From an uncultured delta proteobacterium (GTDB lineage Bacteria > Desulfobacterota > Binatia > Binatales > Binataceae), in assembly GCA_963711565.1 (NCBI GenBank), contig CAVQEQ010000003.1, positions 1,056,001-1,120,000 of the forward strand: DNA of 64,000 bases. Reading direction: 5' to 3'. A program made the position numbers and the translations under genes. The notes under the pieces are model-generated. The model ran no database searches and was not told the origin of the DNA. It saw nothing but the letters and a program-made list of their open reading frames with translations. This document shows positions 1 to 10,017 of this stretch, piece by piece. Every line of letters begins with the position of its first letter. Positions within the stretch are counted from its first letter, which is position 1.

Positions 1-25
1 AATCACACTCAAGAGCGGACTGACT

Positions 26-868
26 TTGCGCGTCGCGCGCGCCGGCGTCGGTCCGCCGATCATCATGCTGCACGGGTTCCCGGAATGCTGGTACTCGTGG
101 CGGCATCAGATGCGCGCGCTGTCCGACCGTTACGATTGCGTCGCGCCGGAGATGCGCGGTTACGGCGAATCCGACGCGCCGGTCGGCGTCGCGAACTATA
201 CGCTCGACAAGCTGGTCGGCGACGTCGCCGAGCTGATCGAGGCGCTCGGCCACAAGCGCGCGACCGTGGTCGGTCACGACTGGGGCGGCGGCGTCGCGTG
301 GGCGACGGCGCTGATGCGTCCCGACGTCGTCGAGCGGCTGATCGTGATGAACTGTCCTCATCTAGAGCGGATGAGCCATGCGCTGCGACGCAATCCGCGC
401 CAGATGCTGCGCAGTTGGTACATGCTGTTCTTCCAGATTCCGCGCCTCCCTGAGTGGCTGTTCCGCCGCCGTAACTATCAGGCGCTGGTTGACGCGCTGC
501 GCAACGGCACGATTCAAAAGAATGTTTTCAGCGACGGCGACCTCGAATACTTCCGCGCCGCGTTTCGCAATCCCTACTCGCTGACCGCCGCGATTAACTA
601 CTATCGCGCGAACTTCCGCACCGGTTTCATGGCGCGGCCCGGCACCAACTCGTGGATCGATCGGAAGATTTCGGCGCCGACGCTTCTGATCTGGGGCGAA
701 CAAGATTTCGCACTTGGCAAGGAACTGACGTACGGCATGGAGCCGCTGTTCACCGGTCCATTCGAGATAAAATACATTCCCGATTCGGGCCATTGGGTGC
801 AGCAGGAGAAGCCGGAACTGGTGAATCAGTACGTCCGCGATTTTCTCAATCGCACTCCGCCCGCTTAG
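26..868 (+). CDS. Alpha/beta hydrolase, epoxide hydrolase family (true start may lie upstream of the window)
   Basis: HGFPE motif, nucleophile motif GHDWGG, C-terminal GHWVQQEKP. Confidence 0.9.
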   Translation: MRVARAGVGPPIIMLHGFPECWYSWRHQMRALSDRYDCVAPEMRGYGESDAPVGVANYTLDKLVGDVAELIEALGHKRATVVGHDWGGGVAWATALMRPDVVERLIVMNCPHLERMSHALRRNPRQMLRSWYMLFFQIPRLPEWLFRRRNYQALVDALRNGTIQKNVFSDGDLEYFRAAFRNPYSLTAAINYYRANFRTGFMARPGTNSWIDRKISAPTLLIWGEQDFALGKELTYGMEPLFTGPFEIKYIPDSGHWVQQEKPELVNQYVRDFLNRTPPA

Positions 869-1029
869 TCCGCGACGCTTTTAGGCTCCGACTTTACACC
901 GCTTTGCCTCGCGCCTATCTTTATTTGAGGATCTAAACGCCTCGGACGCCGCCTTTCTCACGTATCCCGGTCATCCCGGATAGTCGTCTGTTTAGGAGCT
1001 TCCCGGCAAATTCAGAAGGAGGGGCTTTT

Positions 1030-1386
1030 ATGCCCACTAAGTTGTATGTAGGCAACCTCGCCTACGCGGTTACGCAGGAGGACCTGGCAGAACTGTTTGC
1101 GCAGGCCGGGAAAGTCGAGAGCGCGGTGGTGGTCTCCGACAAGTTCTCGGGACAGTCGCGCGGCTTCGGTTTCGTCGAGATGGCGGAGGCGGCCGATGCG
1201 GCCACCGCAATCCAGACCCTCAATGACACCGACCTGAAGGGACGGCGAATCAAGATTGACGAGGCGCGCGCGAGCACCGGCGGTCCGCGCGGCGGCGGCG
1301 GAGGTGGCGGTGGAGATCGTCGTCGCGGCGGTGGTGGCGGTGGCAGAGAGGGCGGTGGCGGCGGCGGAAATCGCAACCGCTGGTAG
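1030..1386 (+). CDS. RRM RNA-binding protein with Gly/Arg-rich tail
   Basis: RNP2 KLYVGNL, RNP1 RGFGFVEM, poly-Gly C-terminus; AGGAGG RBS upstream. Confidence 0.95.
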   Translation: MPTKLYVGNLAYAVTQEDLAELFAQAGKVESAVVVSDKFSGQSRGFGFVEMAEAADAATAIQTLNDTDLKGRRIKIDEARASTGGPRGGGGGGGGDRRRGGGGGGREGGGGGGNRNRW

Positions 1387-1416
1387 CTTATCGCGATTTG
1401 ATCAAAGCAGTTGATT

Positions 1417-1461
1417 GGCGGCGCGGTCGGAGCTGAATGCTCGGGCCGCGCCGCCGCTTTT
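1417..1461 (+). terminator. Probable intrinsic terminator after the RRM gene
   Basis: GGCGGCGCGGTC...GGCCGCGCCGCC stem followed by GCTTTT. Confidence 0.55.
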
Positions 1462-1480
1462 CGATTGAGCGCAACAGCGG

Positions 1481-1563
1481 CGGGAAGAGGCGGGCACGGC
1501 GGCCCGCTCCACTTCGCCTGTTCCGCGCGGGAGGAGGCGGGCACGGCGGCCCGCCCCACTTCG
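1481..1563. repeat. Two tandem copies of a 36-bp REP-like palindrome
   Basis: CGGGA(A/G)GAGGCGGGCACGGCGGCCCGC(T/C)CCACTTCG at 1481-1516 and 1528-1563; the second copy reads GTGGGGCGGGCCGCCGTGCCCGCC on the minus strand. Confidence 0.8.
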
Positions 1564-1656
1564 GTGCAAGCCTCTTCCACACGTGCGGTCTTCTGCTATC
1601 GTTATGCGCCGAAACGGAACCAGCCAACCCCAACAACTTTGGATGAGTCTGATCGA

Positions 1657-2511
1657 ATGAGAAAAGCCATACTCTCGAGCGCGGCGGCCGCCGTCGCGCT
1701 CGCGTCCATCCTCGCCATCACGCCCAAAGCGTCACATGCCGACGAAGAGGCCGGCGTCCCTTCCGGCACACAGCGCAACGTCGCGGGAATAGTGATTCAT
1801 TCCGGCAGCCGCTCGGTACAGGTCGGCACCGCATTCTTCGTCGCCGTTCCCAGCTCGGTGTTCCCGGGCAGATCGTTCGTTTACCTCGTGACCGCGCATC
1901 ACAATCTGCTCGACGGCAACGGCAGCCCGCGCGCCGGCCTGCTGCTCACGCTCGAGGACTCCGCGACCGGCAAGATGCGCGAGGAACCGCTGCCGGCTGA
2001 AAACCGCTGGGTGCTCGATCCGAATCAGGTAAAAGCCAACGTCGCCGCGATTCCGCTGACGCCGAAGGGCGCGAGCATCGCGCCAATCCCGCTCGGCTCG
2101 CTGCTCGGTGGCGACGATCCGCTCGCGCGCCCCGAAACCGGCGCGCAGGTGTACTACCTGACGGCGGCGACCGTCGGCGTCAACCAGCGTCGATTCGAGG
2201 CGCTCGCGCGCTTCGGCCATGTGTCGGTAGCCGATCCTGCCGACACCGAAGTCATCGGCGCGGGCTTGCAGACGCTCAGCTATCTCGACGGCGGCAGCGC
2301 GCCCGGATTTTCCAGCGGCGCTCCGGTCTTCGTCAGCCTGGGACTGCGCTTTGCGCTATGGGGAATTCTCGAGGCCAACACCTCGCTCAACACCGATCCG
2401 GTTTTCTCCGGACTGGCAGGCGTTCTGCCTGCCAGGTACGTTGCCGAAACGTGCAAGAAGATGGGCGAGGTGCAGGATAAAACGCTGCAAGGCGCCAAGC
2501 TCCCCGAGTGA
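1657..2511 (+). CDS. Secreted trypsin-like serine protease-fold protein, possibly catalytically degenerate
   Basis: Signal peptide from MRKAIL; GTAFFV, LVTAHH and PGFSSGAPVF motifs; ATG 1657 preferred over ORF start 1411, which runs through the terminator and repeats. Confidence 0.6.
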   Translation: MRKAILSSAAAAVALASILAITPKASHADEEAGVPSGTQRNVAGIVIHSGSRSVQVGTAFFVAVPSSVFPGRSFVYLVTAHHNLLDGNGSPRAGLLLTLEDSATGKMREEPLPAENRWVLDPNQVKANVAAIPLTPKGASIAPIPLGSLLGGDDPLARPETGAQVYYLTAATVGVNQRRFEALARFGHVSVADPADTEVIGAGLQTLSYLDGGSAPGFSSGAPVFVSLGLRFALWGILEANTSLNTDPVFSGLAGVLPARYVAETCKKMGEVQDKTLQGAKLPE

Positions 2512-2660
2512 CGCGAGGACTCGGGTCGCGGGACGCAAATTCGATTTGATTCGCACGGCGGGTCTCCAGCTATAATGTCGGGCACGCCGTTGAATACTTG
2601 ATTTCGCGTCGATGCGCGTATATCGAGAGTAGTTCCGGCTCGCGCCACAAACCGAAACAC

Positions 2661-2736
2661 TCCCCGGTAGCTCAGTCGGTAGAGCGGACGGCTGTTAACC
2701 GTCATGTCGCTGGTTCGAATCCGGCCCGGGGAGCCA
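2661..2736 (+). tRNA. tRNA-Asn (GTT)
   Basis: Acceptor stem TCCCCGG/CCGGGGA, D-arm TAGCTCAGTCGGTAGAGC, anticodon loop CTGTTAA, T-loop GGTTCGAATCC, encoded CCA. Confidence 0.97.
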
Positions 2737-2809
2737 TCTCTTGAAAGAAGGTTCTAAGGATCACAGGTGATGTGGCGATCCGTCAGAGGCGCCGACTCCG
2801 TTATCTACT

Positions 2810-3064
2810 TTATCGAGAGATACTCCCGACTCCACCGATCGAGCCGATATTCATTGACCCGAGCGGGGATTGGCCGCTGGGGAATACGCGTACGTTCGGA
2901 GGCGGAGGATAGTTTGGCGGCGTCGCGTTCTGAGCGATCTGCTGGCAAGCATTCTGATCGCCGCCATCACAGCTTTGCTGAAGGGCCTGTCGTTGAGCCT
3001 GCGCAGCGCATCCGCTCACGAGCAGTAGCGCCGATGCAATCACCAATGTCGCCAGTTTGGGCAT
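2810..3064 (-). CDS. Small hypothetical lipoprotein
   Basis: MPKLATLVIASALLLVSGC lipobox-like signal; GAGGAGG RBS; CDGGDQNAC pair. Confidence 0.65.
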   Translation of the reverse strand: MPKLATLVIASALLLVSGCAAQAQRQALQQSCDGGDQNACQQIAQNATPPNYPPPPNVRVFPSGQSPLGSMNIGSIGGVGSISR

Positions 3065-3201
3065 GGGGTTTCCCTCCTCGCGAGTCATCGAACACTATGT
3101 CGATAACCATTGTGAGCCCGCCTTTGTTCCGATTCAAATGACCGGTAAGGCGGTGCGCGTCGTATCGACACGATTCCGTAACTGCTAGGTTTGCGTTGGG
3201 G

Positions 3202-3492
3202 ATGATGATGGGCAGCAGGCTAAGGATCGCTTTTGTTGTGACGGTGCTTGCTGCCGCGACCGGCCTTTATGGCTGCGCGTCAACCTACATTCAGCAGACT
3301 GACGACGATACTGCCTCCGCCTGCGAGATAACTGCCGCCACTGCCAGTGCCGCCGAGTGCAATTCGGCTGACCTAGCCCGTCAGGCCCGCGACTCGGCCG
3401 ATTACAAGGATGAGCCAGCCTTGGGCTACCTGAATTCTCCGCCGGGATTACTGCCGATTCCGGTGTCTGCGCGGAATAGCTCGTCGAATTAG
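3202..3492 (+). CDS. Small hypothetical lipoprotein
   Basis: Hydrophobic signal ending in LYGC; divergent from the previous gene. Confidence 0.55.
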   Translation: MMMGSRLRIAFVVTVLAAATGLYGCASTYIQQTDDDTASACEITAATASAAECNSADLARQARDSADYKDEPALGYLNSPPGLLPIPVSARNSSSN

Positions 3493-3682
3493 TGGGAGGG
3501 CGCAGTTTGTCGCTCCCGCCCACGTCATCCAGACGCCGTGGCCCAGTTGCACGTCATTTTTCGAGATGTCAGAGTTCACTTCACGGTGAGAACTCATCGC
3601 CCGGTCTAAACCGGACCCGTTTCATCTTCGCAACGCTGAATTACCGGAAAAATCCATAGAAATTGGGGTATTTTACCCTATA

Positions 3683-3719
3683 TTGACAGGCCTACTGGCG
3701 AGGGCAAGAATGCTACACT
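3683..3719 (+). promoter_or_regulatory. Sigma-70-type promoter of the NtrC-family gene
   Basis: TTGACA at 3683 (17 nt to AAGAAT) and extended -10 TGcTACACT at 3711-3719. Confidence 0.45.
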
Positions 3720-3759
3720 AAGCCGCGTTTGCCCCTTTAGAGAAACGTGGCCTTTGGGA

Positions 3760-5244
3760 ATGAGCGTGCAAAAGCGCAACGGACAGAACCAGGCGCGGGT
3801 CCTGATTGTCGATGACGAATTTCACGTTGCACGCGGCGCCGCGATGGTCCTTTCACAGGCTGGTTACGAATGCGAAACGTGTCCCACTGTCGAAGCAGCT
3901 CTCAAGCTGCTCGACCATAAGGGCGCAGACGTAATCATCGCAGACATGAGGATGACGGGGATGGATGGGATGGACTTACTGAAGAAGGTGCAGAGCAAGG
4001 ATCCTGACATGGCAGTGCTGGTGAGCGTGCCGCTGCCGGCGGCAGAGTCGGCCAAGGCGGCGCTCCGGGGCGGAGCGTTCGATTGCGTGACGAAGCCGTT
4101 CGACAGCGACGAGCTGAACGCGGTCGTCACCCGGGCGGTCGAGATGAGCGCGCTGCAACGCGAGAACCGCAAGCTGCGCGAGCAGCTCGACGTCGCGAGC
4201 ATCGCGGCCGGCTTCGTGGCCGAAGCGCCCAAGAGCCGCCAACTGGTCGCGATGATCCGGCGGGTCGCCCCTTCACGCACGACAGCCCTTATCGAAGGGG
4301 AAACCGGCACCGGCAAAGAACTGGTCGCCCGGATGCTGCACTACTGGAGCAACCGGGCCGATGGTCCGTTCCTCGCGATCAATTGCAAGGCGCTGGCGGA
4401 TGGCGTGGTCGAGAGCGAGCTCTTCGGCCATGAAAAGGGATCGTTCACCGGCGCGATCCGCGACCGCGCGGGATGCTTCGAGCGAGCCTCGGGCGGCACG
4501 CTGTTTCTCGACGAGATCGGAGAAGCGGGGCCGGACTTCCAGGCCAAGCTGCTGCGCGTGCTCGAGGACGGCGAGGTGCTGCGCGTCGGCGGCTCGAAAC
4601 CGCGCAAGGTGGATGTTCGAATAATAACGGCGACCAATCGCAAGCTGCGGAACGAGGTGGCAGCGGGCCGCTTCCGCGCGGATTTGTATTTTCGGCTCAG
4701 CGTGATTCCGCTCAGGATCGCGCCGCTGCGCGAGCGCCGCGAGGACATCCTGCCGCTGGCGCATCATTTTCTCGCTTTTCATTCCACCGAAGCAGGCCGC
4801 CCGCTGATGCTTTCCCCGGAAGCCGAAGCGGCGCTGCTCGCCCATCGGTGGCCGGGCAACGTGCGCGAACTGGAAAACGTCATCGAGCGCGCGGTCGTGA
4901 TGAGCGGGCAGGAGACCCTGATGCCCGAGGCGTTCGCCTTCGACGACGACGCGTCCGACGAAGACCTGGTCCAGGTTGCCGGCATAGCCCGCGCGGCCGG
5001 CGTCGATTCCTCTCTCGGCACAGCTACAGCTCCGGCATCGGCAGATTCGAACCACGCGCAGAGTAACGCGCAGCCTGCCGACAGTCAGGATGATGGCACG
5101 CTGCAGGCGAGCCTCGATCGCGCCGCGACGGTGCGAATCAAGGCGGCGCTCGCGACCGCAGCTGGCAACCGGGTTGACGCGGCAGCGGCACTCGGCGTCG
5201 ATCGGACGACGCTATATCGGTTGATGAAACGTCTTAGTCTTTAG
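3760..5244 (+). CDS. Sigma-54-dependent response regulator (REC-AAA+-Fis HTH, NtrC family)
   Basis: REC (VDDE, IIADMRM, KPF); Walker A GETGTGKE; ESELFGHEKGSFTGA; LFLDEIGE; WPGNVRELEN; HTH AAALGVDRTTLYR. Confidence 0.95.
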   Translation: MSVQKRNGQNQARVLIVDDEFHVARGAAMVLSQAGYECETCPTVEAALKLLDHKGADVIIADMRMTGMDGMDLLKKVQSKDPDMAVLVSVPLPAAESAKAALRGGAFDCVTKPFDSDELNAVVTRAVEMSALQRENRKLREQLDVASIAAGFVAEAPKSRQLVAMIRRVAPSRTTALIEGETGTGKELVARMLHYWSNRADGPFLAINCKALADGVVESELFGHEKGSFTGAIRDRAGCFERASGGTLFLDEIGEAGPDFQAKLLRVLEDGEVLRVGGSKPRKVDVRIITATNRKLRNEVAAGRFRADLYFRLSVIPLRIAPLRERREDILPLAHHFLAFHSTEAGRPLMLSPEAEAALLAHRWPGNVRELENVIERAVVMSGQETLMPEAFAFDDDASDEDLVQVAGIARAAGVDSSLGTATAPASADSNHAQSNAQPADSQDDGTLQASLDRAATVRIKAALATAAGNRVDAAAALGVDRTTLYRLMKRLSL

Positions 5245-5297
5245 CATCGGATTGTCGCGGCGAAGACGCCGGACCCGATGCGGGATTTGCACGCAAG

Positions 5298-5329
5298 CGG
5301 CCGCGGAGCAATCTGCGGCCGTTTTCTTT
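5298..5329 (+). terminator. Intrinsic terminator
   Basis: CGGCCGCGG-agcaat-CTGCGGCCG followed by TTTTCTTT. Confidence 0.65.
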
Positions 5330-5433
5330 CGCGCACCAAAACAAACAAGCCCCGGACCGACGCGGCGCCGCGCCTGTCCGAGGCCTCCTGGGAGAGGCTA
5401 TTTTTTGGATTGCCCTCCGGCGACCCGCTGAAA

Positions 5434-6375
5434 TCAGCCGCCAGGATTCGTGAGCGTGTGGAGGACCGAGATCATAGCCGGTCCGATGATTACCGCGATC
5501 ATCGAGGGCAGCACAAAAATGACCAGCGGGAACAGAATCTTAATCGATGCCTTCTGCGCGTCTTCCTCGGCATGCAACCGGCGACGGTTGCGCAGCGCGT
5601 CCGAGCTGGAGCGCAACGCTGGTCCAATCTGCGCGCCAAGTTGTTCGCTCTGGATCAACGTTGCGGCGAGCGGCTTGATATCTTCTACCGCAGTCCGGTC
5701 GGCCAGCCCGCGCAACGCCTGTCCAAGGCTCGCACCGGCGGAGATATCGGTTGCGACGAGGTTCAGCTCGGTGCCGATTTCCTGTCCATGACGCTCGCAT
5801 TCGACGCCAACGATTCGAATTGCCTCAAAGAGCCCCATGCCTGCTTCGACGCATACCACCAGCAGGTCGAGCACGTCCGAGAGCTGCCTTGCGATGTTGC
5901 CCTGCCGCAAACGCGCGCGCCGTCCCAAATAGTAGCTGGGCACGAAGATTCCAATGCCGATGCCGCCAAGTGCCAGGAGCACCGGCGTAGCCGACGCCGG
6001 ATGAAAGATCGCGCCGACCATGAGACCCAACAAACCACCGCCGATGGCCATCAGCACGCGCGCGACATGATAGGTCTGCGCCGCGGACGACTTCAGATAC
6101 CCTGCTTGCATCAGGGTCTGTTGGAGCTTCTCCCCGGTGGGCGAATCCAGGTTCGGCGGCGGTACACGCTTGGCGGCCCACCTGAAAAGCATCCGGAGTA
6201 CGTTGTCGTCCTGGACATCACCTTCGAATGCGCCCTGAGAGGCCCGCATCTTGACCGCAAGATCCGCGAAGCGCTCGTCGACGGCCCGGCTTTGCGGCGA
6301 GAACGCGAGAAACAGGGCCAAGCACGCCCCTGCCGCGAGAAAGAAGACCACTATGCCAATCACGAATGGGCTCAT
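5434..6375 (-). CDS. tadC: Tad pilus inner-membrane platform protein TadC
   Basis: T2SSF domain LDLLVVCVEAG...AEEDAQKASIKILFPLVIFVLP; follows tadB. Confidence 0.92.
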   Translation of the reverse strand: MSPFVIGIVVFFLAAGACLALFLAFSPQSRAVDERFADLAVKMRASQGAFEGDVQDDNVLRMLFRWAAKRVPPPNLDSPTGEKLQQTLMQAGYLKSSAAQTYHVARVLMAIGGGLLGLMVGAIFHPASATPVLLALGGIGIGIFVPSYYLGRRARLRQGNIARQLSDVLDLLVVCVEAGMGLFEAIRIVGVECERHGQEIGTELNLVATDISAGASLGQALRGLADRTAVEDIKPLAATLIQSEQLGAQIGPALRSSSDALRNRRRLHAEEDAQKASIKILFPLVIFVLPSMIAVIIGPAMISVLHTLTNPGG

Positions 6376-6376
6376 A

Positions 6377-7324
6377 TTAGTAATTCACCCTTAATAGTCG
6401 CCTGATGGTGATGAGGGCGAGAATGTCCGAGCCGACCGCAAATTTCAAAATCTTCTGACCGGTCGGGTCATGGAACAGTTGATCGGTGTAGCTCGGTTGA
6501 ATCAAGCTGAACAGGAAAAGAACTACGACCGGCAGGCAGCCGACGACCATCCCGCCCAGCCGCGATTGCGCGGTCAGTGCGCGGATTTGCATCCGCAAGC
6601 GTTGCCTGGTTCGCACGATTTCGGATAGCCGCCCGACAATTTGCGCCAGACTCGAGCCGACTTCCGTTTGCACGCGCACCGCGACGACCAGCAGGCGTAG
6701 GTCGTCCTCCGGAACACGCTTGAGCATATCTTCGAGCGCTCGCGGCAGCGGCAGTCCGATCCGGTTCTGCTCGAGCACCGTGCGGAATTCGCTGCCGAGC
6801 GGATCGGCGAACTCGCTGACCAGAACTTGCAGCGCACGCTGCAGCGAGTGTCCGGCTTCGAGCGACGATTTGATCAAATCAAGCGCGAACGGCAACTGGG
6901 TTCCAAAGGCCTTCAAACGCCGCTTTTTGCGGAACTGGATGAAGAGCAGCGGCAGGATGGCGGCCAGCAGGCCGGTTGCCAGTGCGAACCACATGTCGTG
7001 GAAGAACAGATTACCGCCGAACAATCCCGCGCCGAACATCAACATGATGATCAGCAACATATCGCCGACCCGCATGTACATGCCCGCCTGCCACATCGCC
7101 TCTTCGAGGCTGCGCAGCAGGTTCATTTTGTACAGTGCGCCAAACAGTGCTCCCTCCTGGGGCCGCTGTTTGCGCATGACGTTGATCTCGATCTCGTCAG
7201 CGGGGCGGGTCAGGCGCCGGGCCACCTCGCGCGATTGCTCGACTTCGCTGCCGCGACTGCTGAAGAAGATCAGCATGCCGACGAAGACGAGCGCGAATAT
7301 GCCGCTTGCCATGAAAAAGTCCAT
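6377..7324 (-). CDS. tadB: Tad pilus inner-membrane platform protein TadB
   Basis: QLPFALDLIKSSLEAGHS...IRALTAQSR; follows cpaF. Confidence 0.92.
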   Translation of the reverse strand: MDFFMASGIFALVFVGMLIFFSSRGSEVEQSREVARRLTRPADEIEINVMRKQRPQEGALFGALYKMNLLRSLEEAMWQAGMYMRVGDMLLIIMLMFGAGLFGGNLFFHDMWFALATGLLAAILPLLFIQFRKKRRLKAFGTQLPFALDLIKSSLEAGHSLQRALQVLVSEFADPLGSEFRTVLEQNRIGLPLPRALEDMLKRVPEDDLRLLVVAVRVQTEVGSSLAQIVGRLSEIVRTRQRLRMQIRALTAQSRLGGMVVGCLPVVVLFLFSLIQPSYTDQLFHDPTGQKILKFAVGSDILALITIRRLLRVNY

Positions 7325-7330
7325 AGGTAT

Positions 7331-8707
7331 TTACCCAGCGGTGTTACGGAAGATTTTGCCGTCGAGTTTGTAGCCCGCAGCCTCGAGCCGCTGCGAGTAA
7401 GCTGAACGGATTCCGGTTGCGACAAACTGGCCAAGAACTTCGCCGCCGACCCCGATGCCGGTGCGCTTGAATTCGAACAAATCCTGCATCATCACCATCT
7501 CACCTTCCATTCCGCTGATCTCGGAGATGCGCAGTATTTTGCGGGAGCCGTCTGACAGGCGCGCAACGTGAACGATGATGTTGAGTGCCGATGCGATCTG
7601 CTGACGCATCGCGCGCTGCGGAATCTGTACGCCCGACAGCAGCATCATCATCTCGAAACGTCCCAAGCTGTCGCGCGGAGTATTGGCGTGGATGGTTGCG
7701 ATTGAACCGTCATGACCGGTCGACATCGCCTGCAACATGTCGAACACTTCGCCGCCGCGGACTTCGCCGACGATTATGCGGTCAGGCCGCATACGCAGCG
7801 TGTTCTTCACCAGGTCGCGCTGGCTGACTTCGCCCTTGCCTTCGACGTTGGCCGGCCGCGTTTCGAGCCTGACCACGTGCGGTTGCTGAAGCATCAATTC
7901 CGCGGAGTCTTCGATCGTTACAATTCGCTCGTCGGCGGGGACGAACAGCGACATGCAGTTGAGCATGGTCGTTTTGCCTGAGCCGGTACCGCCGCAAATC
8001 AGGATGTTGAGCCGCGCCCGCACTATGGTGCGCAGGAACTCGACGATCTCGGGCACCACCGTTTTCTTCTCGACCAGGTCGTCAACGTTGTAGCGCTTGC
8101 GGCCGAATCGACGAATCGAGAGCGCCGGACCGTCGAGCGCCAGCGGCGGAATGATCGCATTGATACGCGAACCGTCGGGCAACCGCGCGTCAACCATCGG
8201 CGACGCTTCGTCAACCCGGCGTCCGACCTGCGAGACGATTCGATCGATGATCAGCATCAAGTGCTGATCGTCCTGGAACTTGACCTCGGTGGCGTGGAGC
8301 TTGCCGCGCTTTTCGACGTAAACCTGGTTGTGTCCGTTGACCAGGATATCGGTGATCTCATCGTCCCACAAAAGCGGCTCGAGCGGCCCGAGTCCGAGCA
8401 GCTCGTTTTTGATTTCTTCTATAAGATGAGTCTTGTCGGTGTCGGTGAGCAGCCGTCCCTCGTCGTCGAGAATGGCGGAGATCGCCTCGGTGACTTTCTG
8501 CGCGGCGAGCACCGGCTCGAGGCTTTCAAGCCGCGTAACGTCGAGCATCTCGAACAGACGATTGTGGACAGCGAGCTTGAGCTGCTGAAATCCCTCGGCC
8601 TGCGAGTCTTTGACCGTACGCTTTGGAGTGCCATTGCTCATCAGCGAACGCTGAAACGGGACTGGCGCCGTGGTGTTCTGCTGCGAGATCCTTTCAAGGA
8701 GCTTCAT
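7331..8707 (-). CDS. cpaF: Tad pilus assembly ATPase CpaF/TadA
   Basis: [49 protein letters not shown]. Confidence 0.97.
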   Translation of the reverse strand: MKLLERISQQNTTAPVPFQRSLMSNGTPKRTVKDSQAEGFQQLKLAVHNRLFEMLDVTRLESLEPVLAAQKVTEAISAILDDEGRLLTDTDKTHLIEEIKNELLGLGPLEPLLWDDEITDILVNGHNQVYVEKRGKLHATEVKFQDDQHLMLIIDRIVSQVGRRVDEASPMVDARLPDGSRINAIIPPLALDGPALSIRRFGRKRYNVDDLVEKKTVVPEIVEFLRTIVRARLNILICGGTGSGKTTMLNCMSLFVPADERIVTIEDSAELMLQQPHVVRLETRPANVEGKGEVSQRDLVKNTLRMRPDRIIVGEVRGGEVFDMLQAMSTGHDGSIATIHANTPRDSLGRFEMMMLLSGVQIPQRAMRQQIASALNIIVHVARLSDGSRKILRISEISGMEGEMVMMQDLFEFKRTGIGVGGEVLGQFVATGIRSAYSQRLEAAGYKLDGKIFRNTAG

Positions 8708-8716
8708 TGTTGTACC

Positions 8717-9940
8717 TCAACTGCGCGCACCGATAACGTTCAACAGGCGCGAGACTAAAGAATTCGAGGAATCAGCGTCAGCGGTTTCGTTGCCCACCTC
8801 GAGTCGTCGCGCCAGATCCTCAACGCTCTTGGCCAGCGGTGAGTTTGGCGCCACCTGCCACAAATCCTGCGCGCTCAGCTGCACTCGCTCGAGAACTTTC
8901 TCGTCGCGCGGAATCCGCGTGTGAATCGCCTTTGCCAGAGTATGGCTCAACTGGTCTTCAGTTATCGGATGACCCGGCACGAAGCGGCTTAGAATGAAGT
9001 TCGGTTCCACCCCTTGCAACCCCAACCGTCCTACCAGATCGACGAATCGCCATGCGCATCGCGCGGCGCCGATCGACTGGTCGAGCACATAAAAAAGATG
9101 ACTCGAGCGCTCCCAGGCCGCGACCGTGTTCGAGTCGATATGCGTGCCGCAGTCCACGATCACGAAATCGAACAGCTGGCGCATCAGATCGAGCGTCGCA
9201 CCGATCGTCGCGTCGCTGACCAACTCGCTGTCCTCGATCCGCTTGGGCGCCGCGAGCAGGTAAATTCCCGACGCATGCTTGCTGAGCGCCGATTCGAGTT
9301 GAATCGAATCCAGCTTCCGCGTTCCCTCCGTCAGCGTCATGATCGTGCGCTCGGGCTCGAGATTCAAAAACACCGAGAGCCCACCCGTCTGCAAGTCGAG
9401 ATCGACTACCGCAACCCGCTTGTCGAAGGCGTAGCGCAGGGCCAAGCCGAGGTTTGCCGTGAGGCTCGTCACGCCAGTGCCGCCTATGAGGCTCACCAGC
9501 GAGATGATCGTTCCGCCACCGACGTGAACTTCTTCGCGGCGGCGGGTTTCGCTTATCTTGAGGAGCGCGCGGGTGGCGTCGCCGGGATCGAGTGGCAGGA
9601 ACAGGAGCTCGTCGGCTCCCGCCCTCAGCACCCGCTTCATTAGATCGGGGGAACGATCGTGCAGCAGCGCAAAAAGAGCCGGACGAGGCGCTTGCACCGC
9701 CCGGGTGTTGAGATAACTCAGTGAGAGTTCGTCGTTGCCGTTGAACACCACCATCGTTACGTCGAAGTTAACGTCGGTAGGTGCGTCGGGGTCTGGTTCG
9801 ATCTCGTTGATGTTCAGCACGGGGTCGCCCAAGGCGGCCAAAGCGTCCCGGACCTCTGTCCGATGATCGTCGCTTTGGCCAACCAATTGGACTTTCAGTC
9901 CACCGTGGCGTCCATCATTTTTTTTACCGAGCGATGACAC
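8717..9940 (-). CDS. cpaE: Tad pilus localisation protein CpaE/TadZ (receiver-like plus degenerate MinD/ParA domain)
   Basis: RAGADELLFLP receiver remnant; SLIGGTGVTS degenerate P-loop; VVDLDLQTG; FDFVIVDCG. Confidence 0.88.
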   Translation of the reverse strand: MSSLGKKNDGRHGGLKVQLVGQSDDHRTEVRDALAALGDPVLNINEIEPDPDAPTDVNFDVTMVVFNGNDELSLSYLNTRAVQAPRPALFALLHDRSPDLMKRVLRAGADELLFLPLDPGDATRALLKISETRRREEVHVGGGTIISLVSLIGGTGVTSLTANLGLALRYAFDKRVAVVDLDLQTGGLSVFLNLEPERTIMTLTEGTRKLDSIQLESALSKHASGIYLLAAPKRIEDSELVSDATIGATLDLMRQLFDFVIVDCGTHIDSNTVAAWERSSHLFYVLDQSIGAARCAWRFVDLVGRLGLQGVEPNFILSRFVPGHPITEDQLSHTLAKAIHTRIPRDEKVLERVQLSAQDLWQVAPNSPLAKSVEDLARRLEVGNETADADSSNSLVSRLLNVIGARS

Positions 9941-10017
9941 TTCACACTCTCCCTGCTTCAGCTATGCAGTGCCATATCATGCACTAAATACCCGGCTATG
10001 TCTTGTCCTCCGTCGAA

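Noticed and set aside
1280-1370. (GGC/GGT)n simple repeat; also ACC/CCG-rich repeats at 54685-54815
   Set aside because: Explained by the poly-Gly tail and the Thr-Pro linker codons.
2661-2760. tRNA-Asn as the attachment site of an integrated element
   Set aside because: No integrase gene and no duplicated tRNA 3' end were found in the window by eye.
3540-3640. Possible c-di-GMP riboswitch upstream of the pilus regulator (CCGGTCTAAACCGG)
   Set aside because: The GGCAAA...GCAAA P1/P2 core of the GEMM motif is not present.
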